Program-made: the position numbers and the translations under genes
Assembly: GCA_002269645.1 (NCBI GenBank)
Contig: NIVC01002102.1
Coordinates: 124,001-188,000, forward strand
Origin: Macrostomum lignano
Taxonomy: Eukaryota
Length of the DNA: 64,000 bases
Direction: 5' to 3'
Part shown: one piece after another, positions 1-11,954 of the stretch
Position numbering within the stretch: position 1 is the first letter of the stretch
Layout of the letters: each line of letters begins with the position of its first letter
The notes under the pieces: model-generated
The model's input: only the letters and a program-made list of their open reading frames with translations
Databases searched by the model: none
What the model was told of the DNA's origin: nothing

Positions 1-240
1 CTATGTGCTTGTCTACTTCTCTATCTACTCGTGGCGATGTGTCTGTCTACTTGTCTACTTCTCTATCTACTCGTGGCGATGTGCTTGTCTACTTCTCTAT
101 CTACTCGTATCTATGTGCTTGTCTACTTCTCTATCTACTCGTATCTAAGTGCTTGTCTTCTACTTCTCTATCTACTCACGTGTGTACCTGTTTACTTCTC
201 TCTCTACTCATGTGTGTACCTGTCTACTTCTCTATCTATT
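1..240. repeat. Degenerate minisatellite, ~32-36 bp unit (ctatgtgcttgtctacttctctatctactcgt)
   Basis: Unit recurs about 7 times from the window start. Confidence 0.85.
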
Positions 241-1149
241 TCCTCATTTCCCACAGTCAAGTCCAACAAAAATTCTCTCAGTAAAGTTCTCTCAAGCCAA
301 ATATTATTTGCTTCAAAACCTCAGCAATCTTTCTTGCGAAATCAAAGCAATACGATAGATAGCGTTCTTGTTATGCATTTCGGTCGATATCACGTGAGCA
401 AACACGGGGGTTACAGCCTTTTCCGGGTTTTCTGTGAATCAAGCAGGTGAAGAATATATGTATAATTTGAGCAGCCACGAAAAGCATGCCCTCAAACTGA
501 GATTCGCTCCAATAAGCACTCCGACCGAGTGTTAAAGTTATTCTGCATGCATTAATTAGTTAGCAAACTAATTTATTGTGCCCCGTTCACTAGTAAATGG
601 AGAAAATAAAGTTGAAGGCCAATTATCATGACAAAAATGAGTCACGAGTTCTAGAAATGGATCTTTCTTGAGCAGGCCCACTTGATTTTCGACAAGCTCT
701 TATCAATTGGTTTAGTATTTACCTCAGAAGCCCCTCGAACTGTGCTCTTATCGCTAAAATGCACTCAAAATCAGCTGTAAAAAAGCAGCATTCTTGCAGT
801 GCCTCACGCTCGACAAGCACAATTTTTTAGAATATGAAAACTTCAACCCGCTGTCTTTATCAGCGATAGACAGTGACAGCAGCGAGGCAAGCAATCAATT
901 CTTTAAAAAATGTTTTACTGTCAATCAACTGGTAAAAAAATTGCGCCATTGTATCAGCGTCAGTGCAAATGTACTTTTATGACCCCAGGCGTGACTGGGG
1001 TAGTCAATTACAATATTTTGTCTGGGCAGCTTGCTCATGCATTCAATGCATTCTTTACCCCCACTGTAGACCCTACACACAGACACACACACAGCAAAAT
1101 TATTGCTTTGACTAACAACTTTATAAATTTTAGTTTACTTGCGTTAACT

Positions 1150-1690
1150 AGCCTTCCCATCTCCTTCCCCGGCCTTCCCCTCTCCTAGCCCGCCTTCCCC
1201 TCTCCTAGCCCGCCTTCCCCTCTCCTTCCCCGCCTTCCCCTCCCCTAGCCCGCCTTCCCCTCTCCTAGCCCGCCTTCCCCTCTCCTTCCCCGCCTTCCCC
1301 TCCCCTAGCCCACCTTCCCCTCCCCTAGCCCGCCTTCCCCTCTCCTTCCCGCCTTCCCCTCCCCTAGCCCGCCTTCCCCTCTCCTAGCCCGCCTTCCCCT
1401 CTCCTAGCCCGCCTTCCCCTCTCCTAGCCCGCCTTCCCCTCTCCTAGCCCGCCTTCCCCTCTCCTTCCCCGCCTTCCCCTCCCCTAGCCCGCCTTCCCCT
1501 CCCCTAGCCCGCCTTCCCCTCTCCTAGCCGGCCTTCCCCTCTCCTAGCCCGCCTTCCCCTCTCCTAGCCCGCCTTCCCCTCTCCTTCCCCGCCTTCCCCT
1601 CCCCTAGCCCGCCTTCCCCTCTCCTTCCCCGCCTTCCCCTCCCCTAGCCCGCCTTCCCCTCTCCTTCCCCGCCTTCCCCTCTACTTCTCT
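1150..1690. repeat. 20-bp pyrimidine-rich minisatellite (gccttcccctctcctagccc)
   Basis: Clear 20-nt period, e.g. across 1381-1440. Confidence 0.95.
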
Positions 1691-2287
1691 CCTTCTCTCC
1701 CCTGCTTCGATCTTCTCTCCATATCCCTTTTCCTTTGAATCCTTTCCTTTCACACAAACGAAAATTACCACCTCATGGTGCAGAATCAAAGACAGCCGGT
1801 CTGCTTTCGAGAAAATCATTTTAATTGGAGCTCTAAAACCTGCATGTGAGGAGACTTCCTGCTGTTTTTCTGAGTCTGCAGCTTCACAAAAGCCTTTGCA
1901 AAAATGAAGCTATCTGCTGTCACTTATCCATCATGGCCCTTCCCTGCTCTAATTGCCCCCCCCGCTGGAAAACTCGTCTTTTGAGCGGACAGCGCTGAGT
2001 TTCAGGCTCTCTTCTTCTGCTTCTAATTATAAACTCTTTTTAGCCAGCTTCGAGGCCTGAGACAGCTGTTGACTGACTGGGAGAGAGCAGAAAAGTACTT
2101 TTTAGGATAGGACTAAAAGAAGCAACAGGTCAAAGCATGGATTCGATGTTTTTGCAAGATTTTGCCTGTTTATTGATGATCTGGGGAGTTACCAATATTA
2201 TCGCAGCTCCGAAACTTCATTGATCCTAAACTTCACTTCAGAGCGCGTCTACAAATTTCTACCAAAGAAATTCATTTTAATCTTAAC

Positions 2288-2500
2288 TTTAAAATAGTGC
2301 TCTTGGACACCTTCGCAGTGCAGTGTTTGCCATAGAGTGCTGTGACTTTAGGAAATAACCAAAATTTGTGCATTTCTTTTCTAAAAAGTTTTAGATAGAA
2401 CAGGCCTTTAAAACTTTTCCAGGAAATACAAAAGGTAAAATTTGTTATAATACATGTCTTAACATTATTAGACTTGTCTTACGAAATATTATTGTTATTG
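2288..2500 (+). mobile_element. Dispersed repeat head (copy 1) followed by a (CTA)n tail
   Basis: tttaaaatagtgctcttgg...aaatattattgttattg is nearly identical to 5883-6119; both copies run directly into (CTA)n; outer flanks are unrelated. Confidence 0.75.
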
Positions 2501-3437
<937 letters not shown>

Positions 3438-3445
3438 GCTCTCCG

Positions 3446-5329
3446 TCACAGCGAGCCACTGAGCTCCTGCATTGTCTTGCAAGTCAAGCGCAGAGGCAGA
3501 CAGAGCGAGATGATCAGGCGGGGCTTTCGACCAAATGCCCAGTCTATCAGTCGATGCAGCCAATAGTAGCTGGTCTCCATGTGCTCGGCATAGTTCAGCT
3601 TGAGCACGTAGCTAAACTCAACGCCGCGGTCCATACTGTGGCTGACAACGCTAGACAGAACTCCGATGACAAAGTTGATGAACACTATGGGCACCAGAAT
3701 GATAAAGACGAACAGAGTGACTAGCAGGTCCAGACGATCAAACGTCGGAGCAAACGTGCTCGTATCGACAACGTTCAGTGTGAGCAGGAAGGCCCAATAG
3801 AAGGACTCCATGAATTTCGGCTGCTGCTGACTCGCACTGATGTTGCTCGCCTGCTTCAGCTGCTGCTGCTGCTGCTGTTGAAACCGACCAGACGCCTGGA
3901 ACAGGCGGGCGAACAGCACCAGCAGTAGGACGTAGCAGATTAAAAAATTTCCAAACATTGCAAAGCTGTTGTAGAAGCTGTTAGTGAATCTCGACACTCC
4001 GGGAATGAGACGGCTTAGCAGCAGGATGAATAAGACACTGAAGAGGGCGTGTACCAGCATCAGGCAGCCGATGAGCGGTTGCAGCTGCTCCATGCCGAGG
4101 CTATCGCAGGCTGCAGCAGGTGCCACCATCAGCAGCAGCATTGTCAGAGCTAGCAGGCCGCAGGACAGGTATGGAAAATACCACTGCATGACGAGTCTGA
4201 AGCTTCCAGCCGAGGCGCTCGGATAACCAACTCTGCGTCTGTAGCGGTATTTGCGAACAGCTCCGAGCCCAGGCACCACGAGCTGCCAGACGCTCACAGC
4301 TAGGCTGTAGGCAATGGTGACTTTGAAACCCGTTGGCAAGGCGACTCCGCTAGTGTTTGTGCACGCCGCGACCAGGTGATCGCTAACCGTGTAGTCAAAG
4401 AAGAATAGCGTCAGAGTGAGATGGAAAATTCGCTCGATAATGTTTGTCAACAATAGCCAGCGACTGCGAGAGAACATGGCATCGACCCAGGAGGCAATGA
4501 CCAACGGCTGTCGGAAAATCTCCATCCTGCGCAGAGCGTCCAGCTGCGTCTCGCACACGTCGGCCATGATTGCCAAAGGCGTCAGGAATCGTTCCGGTCC
4601 CGGGCAGACAGAGTCGGACAAGTCTATCTTGACGTGCTCCATTGCGCCGGCAACGCGAGTCACAACTCCGCAGCTGTGGTTGCGGTACATCAGCTTCTCA
4701 ACGATATGCACCTGGCCGGTGTACACACCCCAGTCCAGTGGCCTCATGCCAAAGCTATTCACCTGACGAGACATTTGATCGACCTGGTCTGGGGTGAAAA
4801 AACCCTTAATAAAAAACCGGATGTATGCGAACTGGGTGCTTAATGATAGCTGACCGTCTGAGTCTTGATCCAGCACCTTTAGTCCCAGAAATAGCACGTG
4901 ATAAGCATTGAAACCGTACTCACTGACCTCGGCCAGGTTCAACTGTGGAGCGGAAGTTTTGATAAAATCGCAACAGCGCTTAGCATTGAACATGACAGCC
5001 ATAAGGAAAGGATTTGTCGGCTGCTGATGAATGCCACGAAGGGCTGTAATTTGCTTCGATATCGAGCTCGAACTTGAGCTGCTCCGGAATTCCGGCGGGC
5101 AATAGCGAATATGATTGCTTGTATCACAGCTGGTTAGGAAGTTCAGCCAGGTGTCCGGGCATCTTTGAGAGAATCTTCTCAGCGCTGCCTCGTCGTCTTG
5201 AAGGAGGCAGCGAATTAGTAGAGGCCACTGGCTCTCGCCGATGTAGTCTGATATGTTAAAGATCGACTCATTGTTGTTCTGAGGCTTCGGACTGCCTGCA
5301 GCAAGGGGAGCGAGCCGAATCGTCATCAT
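3446..5329 (-). CDS. Intronless TRPV-like (ankyrin repeats + 6TM + pore loop) cation channel, ~627 aa
   Basis: Uninterrupted ORF. Ankyrin-like segments GFNAYHVL and FGMRPLDWGVYTGQVHIVEKLM; six hydrophobic helices; S5 FGNFLICYVLLLVLFARLF; pore helix FMESFYWAFLLTLNVVD; S6 LFVFIILVPIVFINFVIGVLS. ATG 5329 (MMTIRL) is preferred over 5425 because the intervening DNA is a T-tract with a TATA box. Confidence 0.85.
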   Translation of the reverse strand: MMTIRLAPLAAGSPKPQNNNESIFNISDYIGESQWPLLIRCLLQDDEAALRRFSQRCPDTWLNFLTSCDTSNHIRYCPPEFRSSSSSSSISKQITALRGIHQQPTNPFLMAVMFNAKRCCDFIKTSAPQLNLAEVSEYGFNAYHVLFLGLKVLDQDSDGQLSLSTQFAYIRFFIKGFFTPDQVDQMSRQVNSFGMRPLDWGVYTGQVHIVEKLMYRNHSCGVVTRVAGAMEHVKIDLSDSVCPGPERFLTPLAIMADVCETQLDALRRMEIFRQPLVIASWVDAMFSRSRWLLLTNIIERIFHLTLTLFFFDYTVSDHLVAACTNTSGVALPTGFKVTIAYSLAVSVWQLVVPGLGAVRKYRYRRRVGYPSASAGSFRLVMQWYFPYLSCGLLALTMLLLMVAPAAACDSLGMEQLQPLIGCLMLVHALFSVLFILLLSRLIPGVSRFTNSFYNSFAMFGNFLICYVLLLVLFARLFQASGRFQQQQQQQLKQASNISASQQQPKFMESFYWAFLLTLNVVDTSTFAPTFDRLDLLVTLFVFIILVPIVFINFVIGVLSSVVSHSMDRGVEFSYVLKLNYAEHMETSYYWLHRLIDWAFGRKPRLIISLCLPLRLTCKTMQELSGSL

Positions 5330-5396
5330 GGAGAAGTATAAAGTTCGAAAAAGAAGAGACAGTTTAAAAAAAAGAGTAGCTCGTAAATCATCGCTG

Positions 5397-5404
5397 TTTT
5401 TATA
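5397..5404 (-). promoter_or_regulatory. Candidate TATA box (TATAAAAA) of the TRPV-like gene
   Basis: gggTATAAAAAcagc on minus, ~70 nt upstream of ATG 5329, followed by a pyrimidine-rich tract. Confidence 0.4.
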
Positions 5405-5882
5405 CCCGTCAACGCGCCTATGCAAAAATAATTAGCTAATGCTTCCTCCATTATTTGATCAATGCAGCTAGCGCTGAAAAAGGCTTCAGAACGCCCAGGC
5501 GTTAATGAAAGCACGGGGGGCAGGGCACTTGACTTTATGTAACTTCGCTTGTAATTGTCCCTCGACAAAGAGTAAGACGGAAGTCAAAGTGATACCGTAT
5601 GTTAGTTTGCTCGATTGTTGTGACCAAGATGCTAATACAGCCTGGTGAGCAATCTAATATTTTAGAGTGAAGGACATGAAAGTGTGTAATAAATGTACAC
5701 TTATGGGTCGCAAGCATAACGAACTAAATGTACGTACATATGAACTACTAGCTGTAATTCCGTTGATTGATCTGTCGCGTCAAACAGGGACGAATAGTAG
5801 AGTATACTCGTACTGAAGTAGTCCTTGAACAGAGCTCTAACTAATCAAATCGATTATATTTTATAATTTGTACGTGTGATGT

Positions 5883-6119
5883 TTTAAAATAGTGCTCTTG
5901 GTCACCTTCACAGTGCAGTGTTTGCCATAGAGTGCTGTGACTTTAGGAAATAACGAAAATTTGTGCATTTATTTTCTAAAAAGATTTTAGGCTTTCAAAA
6001 CTTTCTTTCAACAGGCTTTTAACAGGCCTTCAAAACTTTTCCAGGAAATACAAAAGGTAAAATTTGTTATAATACATGTGTTAACATTAGACTTGTCTTA
6101 CAAAATATTATTGTTATTG
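5883..6119 (+). mobile_element. Dispersed repeat head (copy 2) followed by a (CTA)n tail
   Basis: Direct repeat of 2288-2500 with a small internal indel. Confidence 0.75.
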
Positions 6120-6413
<294 letters not shown>

Positions 6414-8635
6414 TGATGTAACCGCCCTTGTCGCCTGTCCGCTCCGTAGAGAGACGAACGCATGACTAGAGGGGGCAATGACCGTAGGCTGCCTATGACC
6501 GGGCAATGACCTGACGGACCTCCAGCACCAGACTGTCCCGCCCACATGATTGGTAGCTTTGGTAGCGCTTTGTGACCAGAGGGCCAAGGACCCACATGGA
6601 CCCCACCTGTAGCCAAGGTGCAATAGCTGGTCACTCGGTCCTAGTATGACCGAGTGGTTGCCACCACTCTATGTGACCTGGCGCACCTGGATCTTACTAC
6701 CAGACCTCTCGAGGCTAGAGCCCCGCCTGGGATGGTTACCAGGAGATTTAGGCTAACAGGGGAGACACATGCAGCCGAGTACAGGGACTCTGCTTGGGGC
6801 ATGATCGGGAACTCTGGGCTCAATCTGGAGGATTTCTCAGCAGGGGATCCTTTGTGGCTGTGAGCGAGGCTGACTTACGACCTTGATTACTAAGAGTAGT
6901 ATGAGGCGAACATGTACTGTCTACAGTTTAGATTGCTCAGGGCGAAAGGACGCGTCAGCATGGGGTTGCAACCTTCCTACTGCCATTCTGTGCCAAGACT
7001 CGCTAATCCTTCTACTGCACGCACACACGGCCCCGCAGCACGCACTCACAGGCGGGCTTTGCACGGGGAAAGGCCCATTAGCTTACCCAAACTTCCCTAT
7101 GCTTTGCCACCCCGGGAGAAAGGCTTAGCAAGCCATGAGTGAAATGATGGTGAAAGAGTGAATAATGATGAGGTTAGTTAATAGTTAATAATTCGGCCCT
7201 TAGGCAAATAATCAGGCAATTAGGCGGCTTCACTATTAAGTAAAAATACAGCAAAAGATACGGTATTACAACTGGCTCAGCTCTCTAATCAGACAATGGA
7301 AAAAGTAGGCAAACTCCGGATAAGCAAAGGCAATTGGAGCACAAATCAGTAATAGGAACTTACCGGCAGCTGCACAGAGAGAGAGAGAGAGGCGGAGTGA
7401 CCGAGGGCGGCTGTAGGCTGCAGTCAGGCAGATGGTGAAGCGGCGATGCGCTGAGGCGACGAGGCGCTGGTGTAGATCAGGCGAAGCTGATGATGCTGGG
7501 CGGTGTCAGACCGCTGGCCGATAGGCGAGCTCACTTGGGGAGCTGAAGATAACTTGGCGGTAACAGACCGCGGACCGGCAGGGATTCGTCTTATAGACGA
7601 ATGGGTCAGAACTCAGTCTGACGGCAAGTCTAAAGAAAGACAAGGAGCCCGAAGGTGGGCAAAAGTTGAGTCTTCTCATGCCGAAAACCGCCTCCTTTTA
7701 TAGCCTTCCCAGCCGCCGCCCCAAGGTCGTTTCCATGGCTCCCTCTCTCTGATTGGCTGCCGGCCGAATGACGTCAGAATGAGTCATGATGAGAAACATG
7801 AGACCGGCATAGCAACATGAGAAATAGGGAAATTGCGCAATCCGGAGGTGGGGTGGGGGGATAATTGGCGCAGCGGGTGGTCGCGAAAGTGTTGCGCAAG
7901 CAAACATTGAGAACAATGGGGCCGGGGTCGAGAACAAAGGAATTGGGACAAAGGGATAATTGAGGAGAATCAAGAACAATGGAAAAGTAAACATTGGAGA
8001 AAAGGTGATAATTAGGTGCGAAAACGAGAACAAAAGAAAGAGAAAATCGGAGAAAATGTGATAATTGGTGGGGGTCGAGAGAACAAAAGAATCAAAAACG
8101 AGAACAATAGAAGCGGAGGTGGGGTGGGTGTCGCATGAGAAATTTGGGGAGGAGAACAATGGCATGAGAAAAGGTTGCGCAAGAGAGGGGGATGAGTCAT
8201 CGATGAGTCATCGAGGGGAAGAAGGGGTCACACGACTTGCGTCACCGTTTGGGAGTTTGGGAAAGGATGGGAGGACGGTGAGCACACAACATACTGTAAG
8301 TAGACACAGAGAAAGAGGGGACAGCGCAAGAAAAGAGTGCAGAGAGAGACAAAAAGAGGGGGGATAGGGAAAGTACAAGAAGAATAGGGTGGAGTGCAGG
8401 GGAGATAAGGTAGAGGGGAGGGTACAGAGAGGGACAGGGAGCTCCGGAAAGGCAGGTGTGGCGGCAGGGGAGACGGAACCAAGGCAGCAGGGGGGTGCAG
8501 CAGAGCGGGAGTCTCCAGGCCTGGTCGGAAACCTGGCCGAGTCTCGACGGCTCTGTGCAAGGGGGTACACGGTATAGGAGGCACTTACGAAAAAGTTCCC
8601 ATGCCCTATCCCGCGACGAGAGCGTGGTTACATCA
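6414..8635 (-). mobile_element. 2222-bp non-coding element (solo-LTR-like or TIR element) inserted in (CTA)n
   Basis: Termini TGATGTAACC (6414-6423) and GGTTACATCA (8626-8635) are perfect reverse complements. Flanked by ACTA on both sides; removing the element plus one ACTA restores the CTA register. Confidence 0.8.
7694..7786 (-). promoter_or_regulatory. Pol II promoter module inside the element: AP-1, CRE, CCAAT, TATA
   Basis: TGAGTCA 7780-7786, TGACGTCA 7769-7776, CCAAT (attgg 7752-7756) and TATAAAAGG (7702-7694) in canonical order and spacing for leftward transcription. Confidence 0.65.
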
Positions 8636-9298
<663 letters not shown>

Positions 9299-9349
9299 TT
9301 GTGGCTTGCGAGATATATTTTTGTGAGATATAAGACGAAAAAAAAAAAA

Positions 9350-9880
9350 AAGGAAAGGCAACCCAGGCAAGGCGTACAGCAACGCCGCTGTAGATCCACG
9401 CGGACGTCGGGAGTCAGACCATCCAGCTGTAAACGAGCTGTTGCAGACATCGCGAAAGAATTCTATTGTCACCTGCGCTTTTCGTCAGTAGCTATACCCC
9501 GACACAAAATCGCAGCCTTGATTTCTTTCAGCTTGGCAGACCAACGTCGGTTTTCTGCATGATGAGCACCGCTCGACACTCACCACACATCAGCAACCAA
9601 GCTTGTCAGCTTGTTCCATGATGTTGCGACCTGCTGTGCTGTTGTACGTACGCATCGAATACACGGAGCACAATTTATGAGCATGGGCGGGCCTTGCTTA
9701 CGACCGAGTCCAATGTCTTCTTGAAGTCTATGAAGATAAACTGGTGTACCCGTGCCGCCTCGATGACTCGGCGAAGAGCTAGCTATCTGAGATAGAATTT
9801 GCGCCACTGTGCGGCAATGGCTCCAGAACCCGTTCTGTTGGATCCAGCACGGCCTTGCCCACCGCGATAATAGCATATAA
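9350..9880 (-). pseudogene. Degenerate RTE-type non-LTR retrotransposon reverse transcriptase fragment
   Basis: With frameshifts the minus strand reads QQNGFWSHCRTVAQIL / ALRRVIEAARVHQFIFIDFKKTLDSV / ...DLQRR..LAWVAF, matching the LINE RT motifs QNGFR...QILALRRIIE...FIDFKKAFDSV and KAWAAF. Confidence 0.7.
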
Positions 9881-11954
9881 TAGCTGAATAGGAATACTGA
9901 AGGGAGATCCTTGCTTCTCTTCTAAGGCATCGAGGCATCTTCCATTATGAAGAATACTATTTTTTAGCGTCGCACTTTATAATTTCAGCCTATGCGTTTC
10001 CCCTTTTTGGTGTAAATTACGTGCTAAAGTAATTGGCTACTTAACACCCAGTGGCGAATATTCGTAATGGAAAATTAAAATTTTATTTGTCAGTTAGTTT
10101 TTTGAGTCGGCCCGAATTGTCTTTTTAAAATTATGTAAAAGTGATTCGCTTGCGAAAGAAACGTGAGTAAAGGGTGTATGTAGACCAGCTAAGCCGAGGA
10201 CGACTTGGTTTCTTAGAAAACATTTTTGAGCTGGTTTGCGCGATAAGCCAAAAAGTACACTACAAAGATAGTAATTTTTCATTTTTTATATAAAAGAACT
10301 TTAGTCGCTCAAGTTCAATGAATGCATATCGGAATCTTTTTTAGTAATACATAACTATTTATTGACTTCATTTATTTTTTGAAGCTTTGTTTGTAAAAGC
10401 AAGAATCCATGCAACATTTTTAGTGAGCATAAGCTTGCCTAGCCTGCATGCATAGTCCATAATATTCCCATTGCTTTTTACTTGGTTTCTTTCTTAATAA
10501 ACTCGATATAATTGTGTAATTTCGATTATATATGTTTCTTTCTAATTATTTTCAATTTTTAGGCAAATATTTGACTTAGGCCAGTGGCCAGGGGCACTTT
10601 TTTAATTTTATAGGCCTAACTTTTTTGCTAGGGCCTAATAAAACCCAAACTTCCATTTAAAAGTCTTGCTTTAAAGAAGACAATCTAGGCTAGGCCTATA
10701 GATTTGTTCTTAAATAAACATGCATGGAGCGAGGGTAATTGTTTCTCAATAAAATTTTATTGTAGGCCCTACTTATTAATTGGTCTAATCAGAAGAGCAT
10801 GGATAGGCCTAGGCTAGGGTAGGTCTAAAAAAGATATGGTAAAAAGGGTAACCAAATTAAATATATTATTGTCATTTTTGATTTTCTAGCTTTTGATATA
10901 TTTGCGAAAATGAAAGAGATACTTAGATAGGCCCCTATATCTATATCTATGAATAAGCATTTGATTTTTGATCTATCTTCCATAGAGAACTTGCTAAAAT
11001 AACAGTTCCTAGGCTTATTTCAATGTTTTGGTATAAACCTAGCTACTAAGCCTATGGTTTATATATTAGGCTAGTTTTCAAAAAGTTCAAATCTAGAAAT
11101 GATATTTCCTATTTTACTTTGTCTAGGCTATGTTATGAAATTCAATATATAAAACTAATTAAGGCCTAGTAATTGTTTTTTCAAGATGAAGATTAGGCCT
11201 AGTTATATTGATATTTGATATTTGTTTTATAATTATCAATTTTCATCTTATTATAATAGACTTATAAATCTTTTTCATTGAATCATTTAATAAAAAACAT
11301 TTTGAGTTGGTTTTAATACATTTTATAATATTATATATTATAAATATATAACCATGTTCTATGTCCTTAATCTGTTTAAATAGACTTTATAATTAAAAAA
11401 TAAAATTAACTGCATTGCACTTAAAATATTTAGCAATGAATTGTTTTATATATATCTTTTTATTATTTAAAAGTCTATCTTGAAAGTTTTTCTTTTTTTC
11501 TATTATAGTTGGCATATTTTTTGAGTTTCTATTTATTCCCTTGTGATGATAAATCAAGAAAAAGTAGAGTTTTCTTATTATATTATAATACAAGCTTAGC
11601 ATGATCTAGAACATAAACAATTGACTTTATTTTAGGGGCCTATATTAATTTAAATATATATTTTTGTTTTTTATACATTTATTCTATAATAAAATATATT
11701 TTCTAGACTTAAAACCAAGGCTAAAAAACATTAAATATTTTCAGAAGCTAATCTGTTCATTTAGGTCACAATCAAATGATAAAGCAATGAAGAATGCTAA
11801 TCAATCAATAACAAAGTTACCTACAATTGTACATGAGGTAAGTACCCTTTAGTTGTTTTGAAAATTGAAAATTAAAGTTGTTTTGGCAATTAAAAATGAC
11901 AAAGAAATGTTATTCTTATTTTTTTTAGTGAGTATTTTCTAGTCAATGACTTTT

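Noticed and set aside
5330-5425. N-terminal extension of the TRP ORF from ATG 5425
   Set aside because: Encoded by a T-rich tract containing a TATA box and a splice acceptor; looks like promoter or UTR
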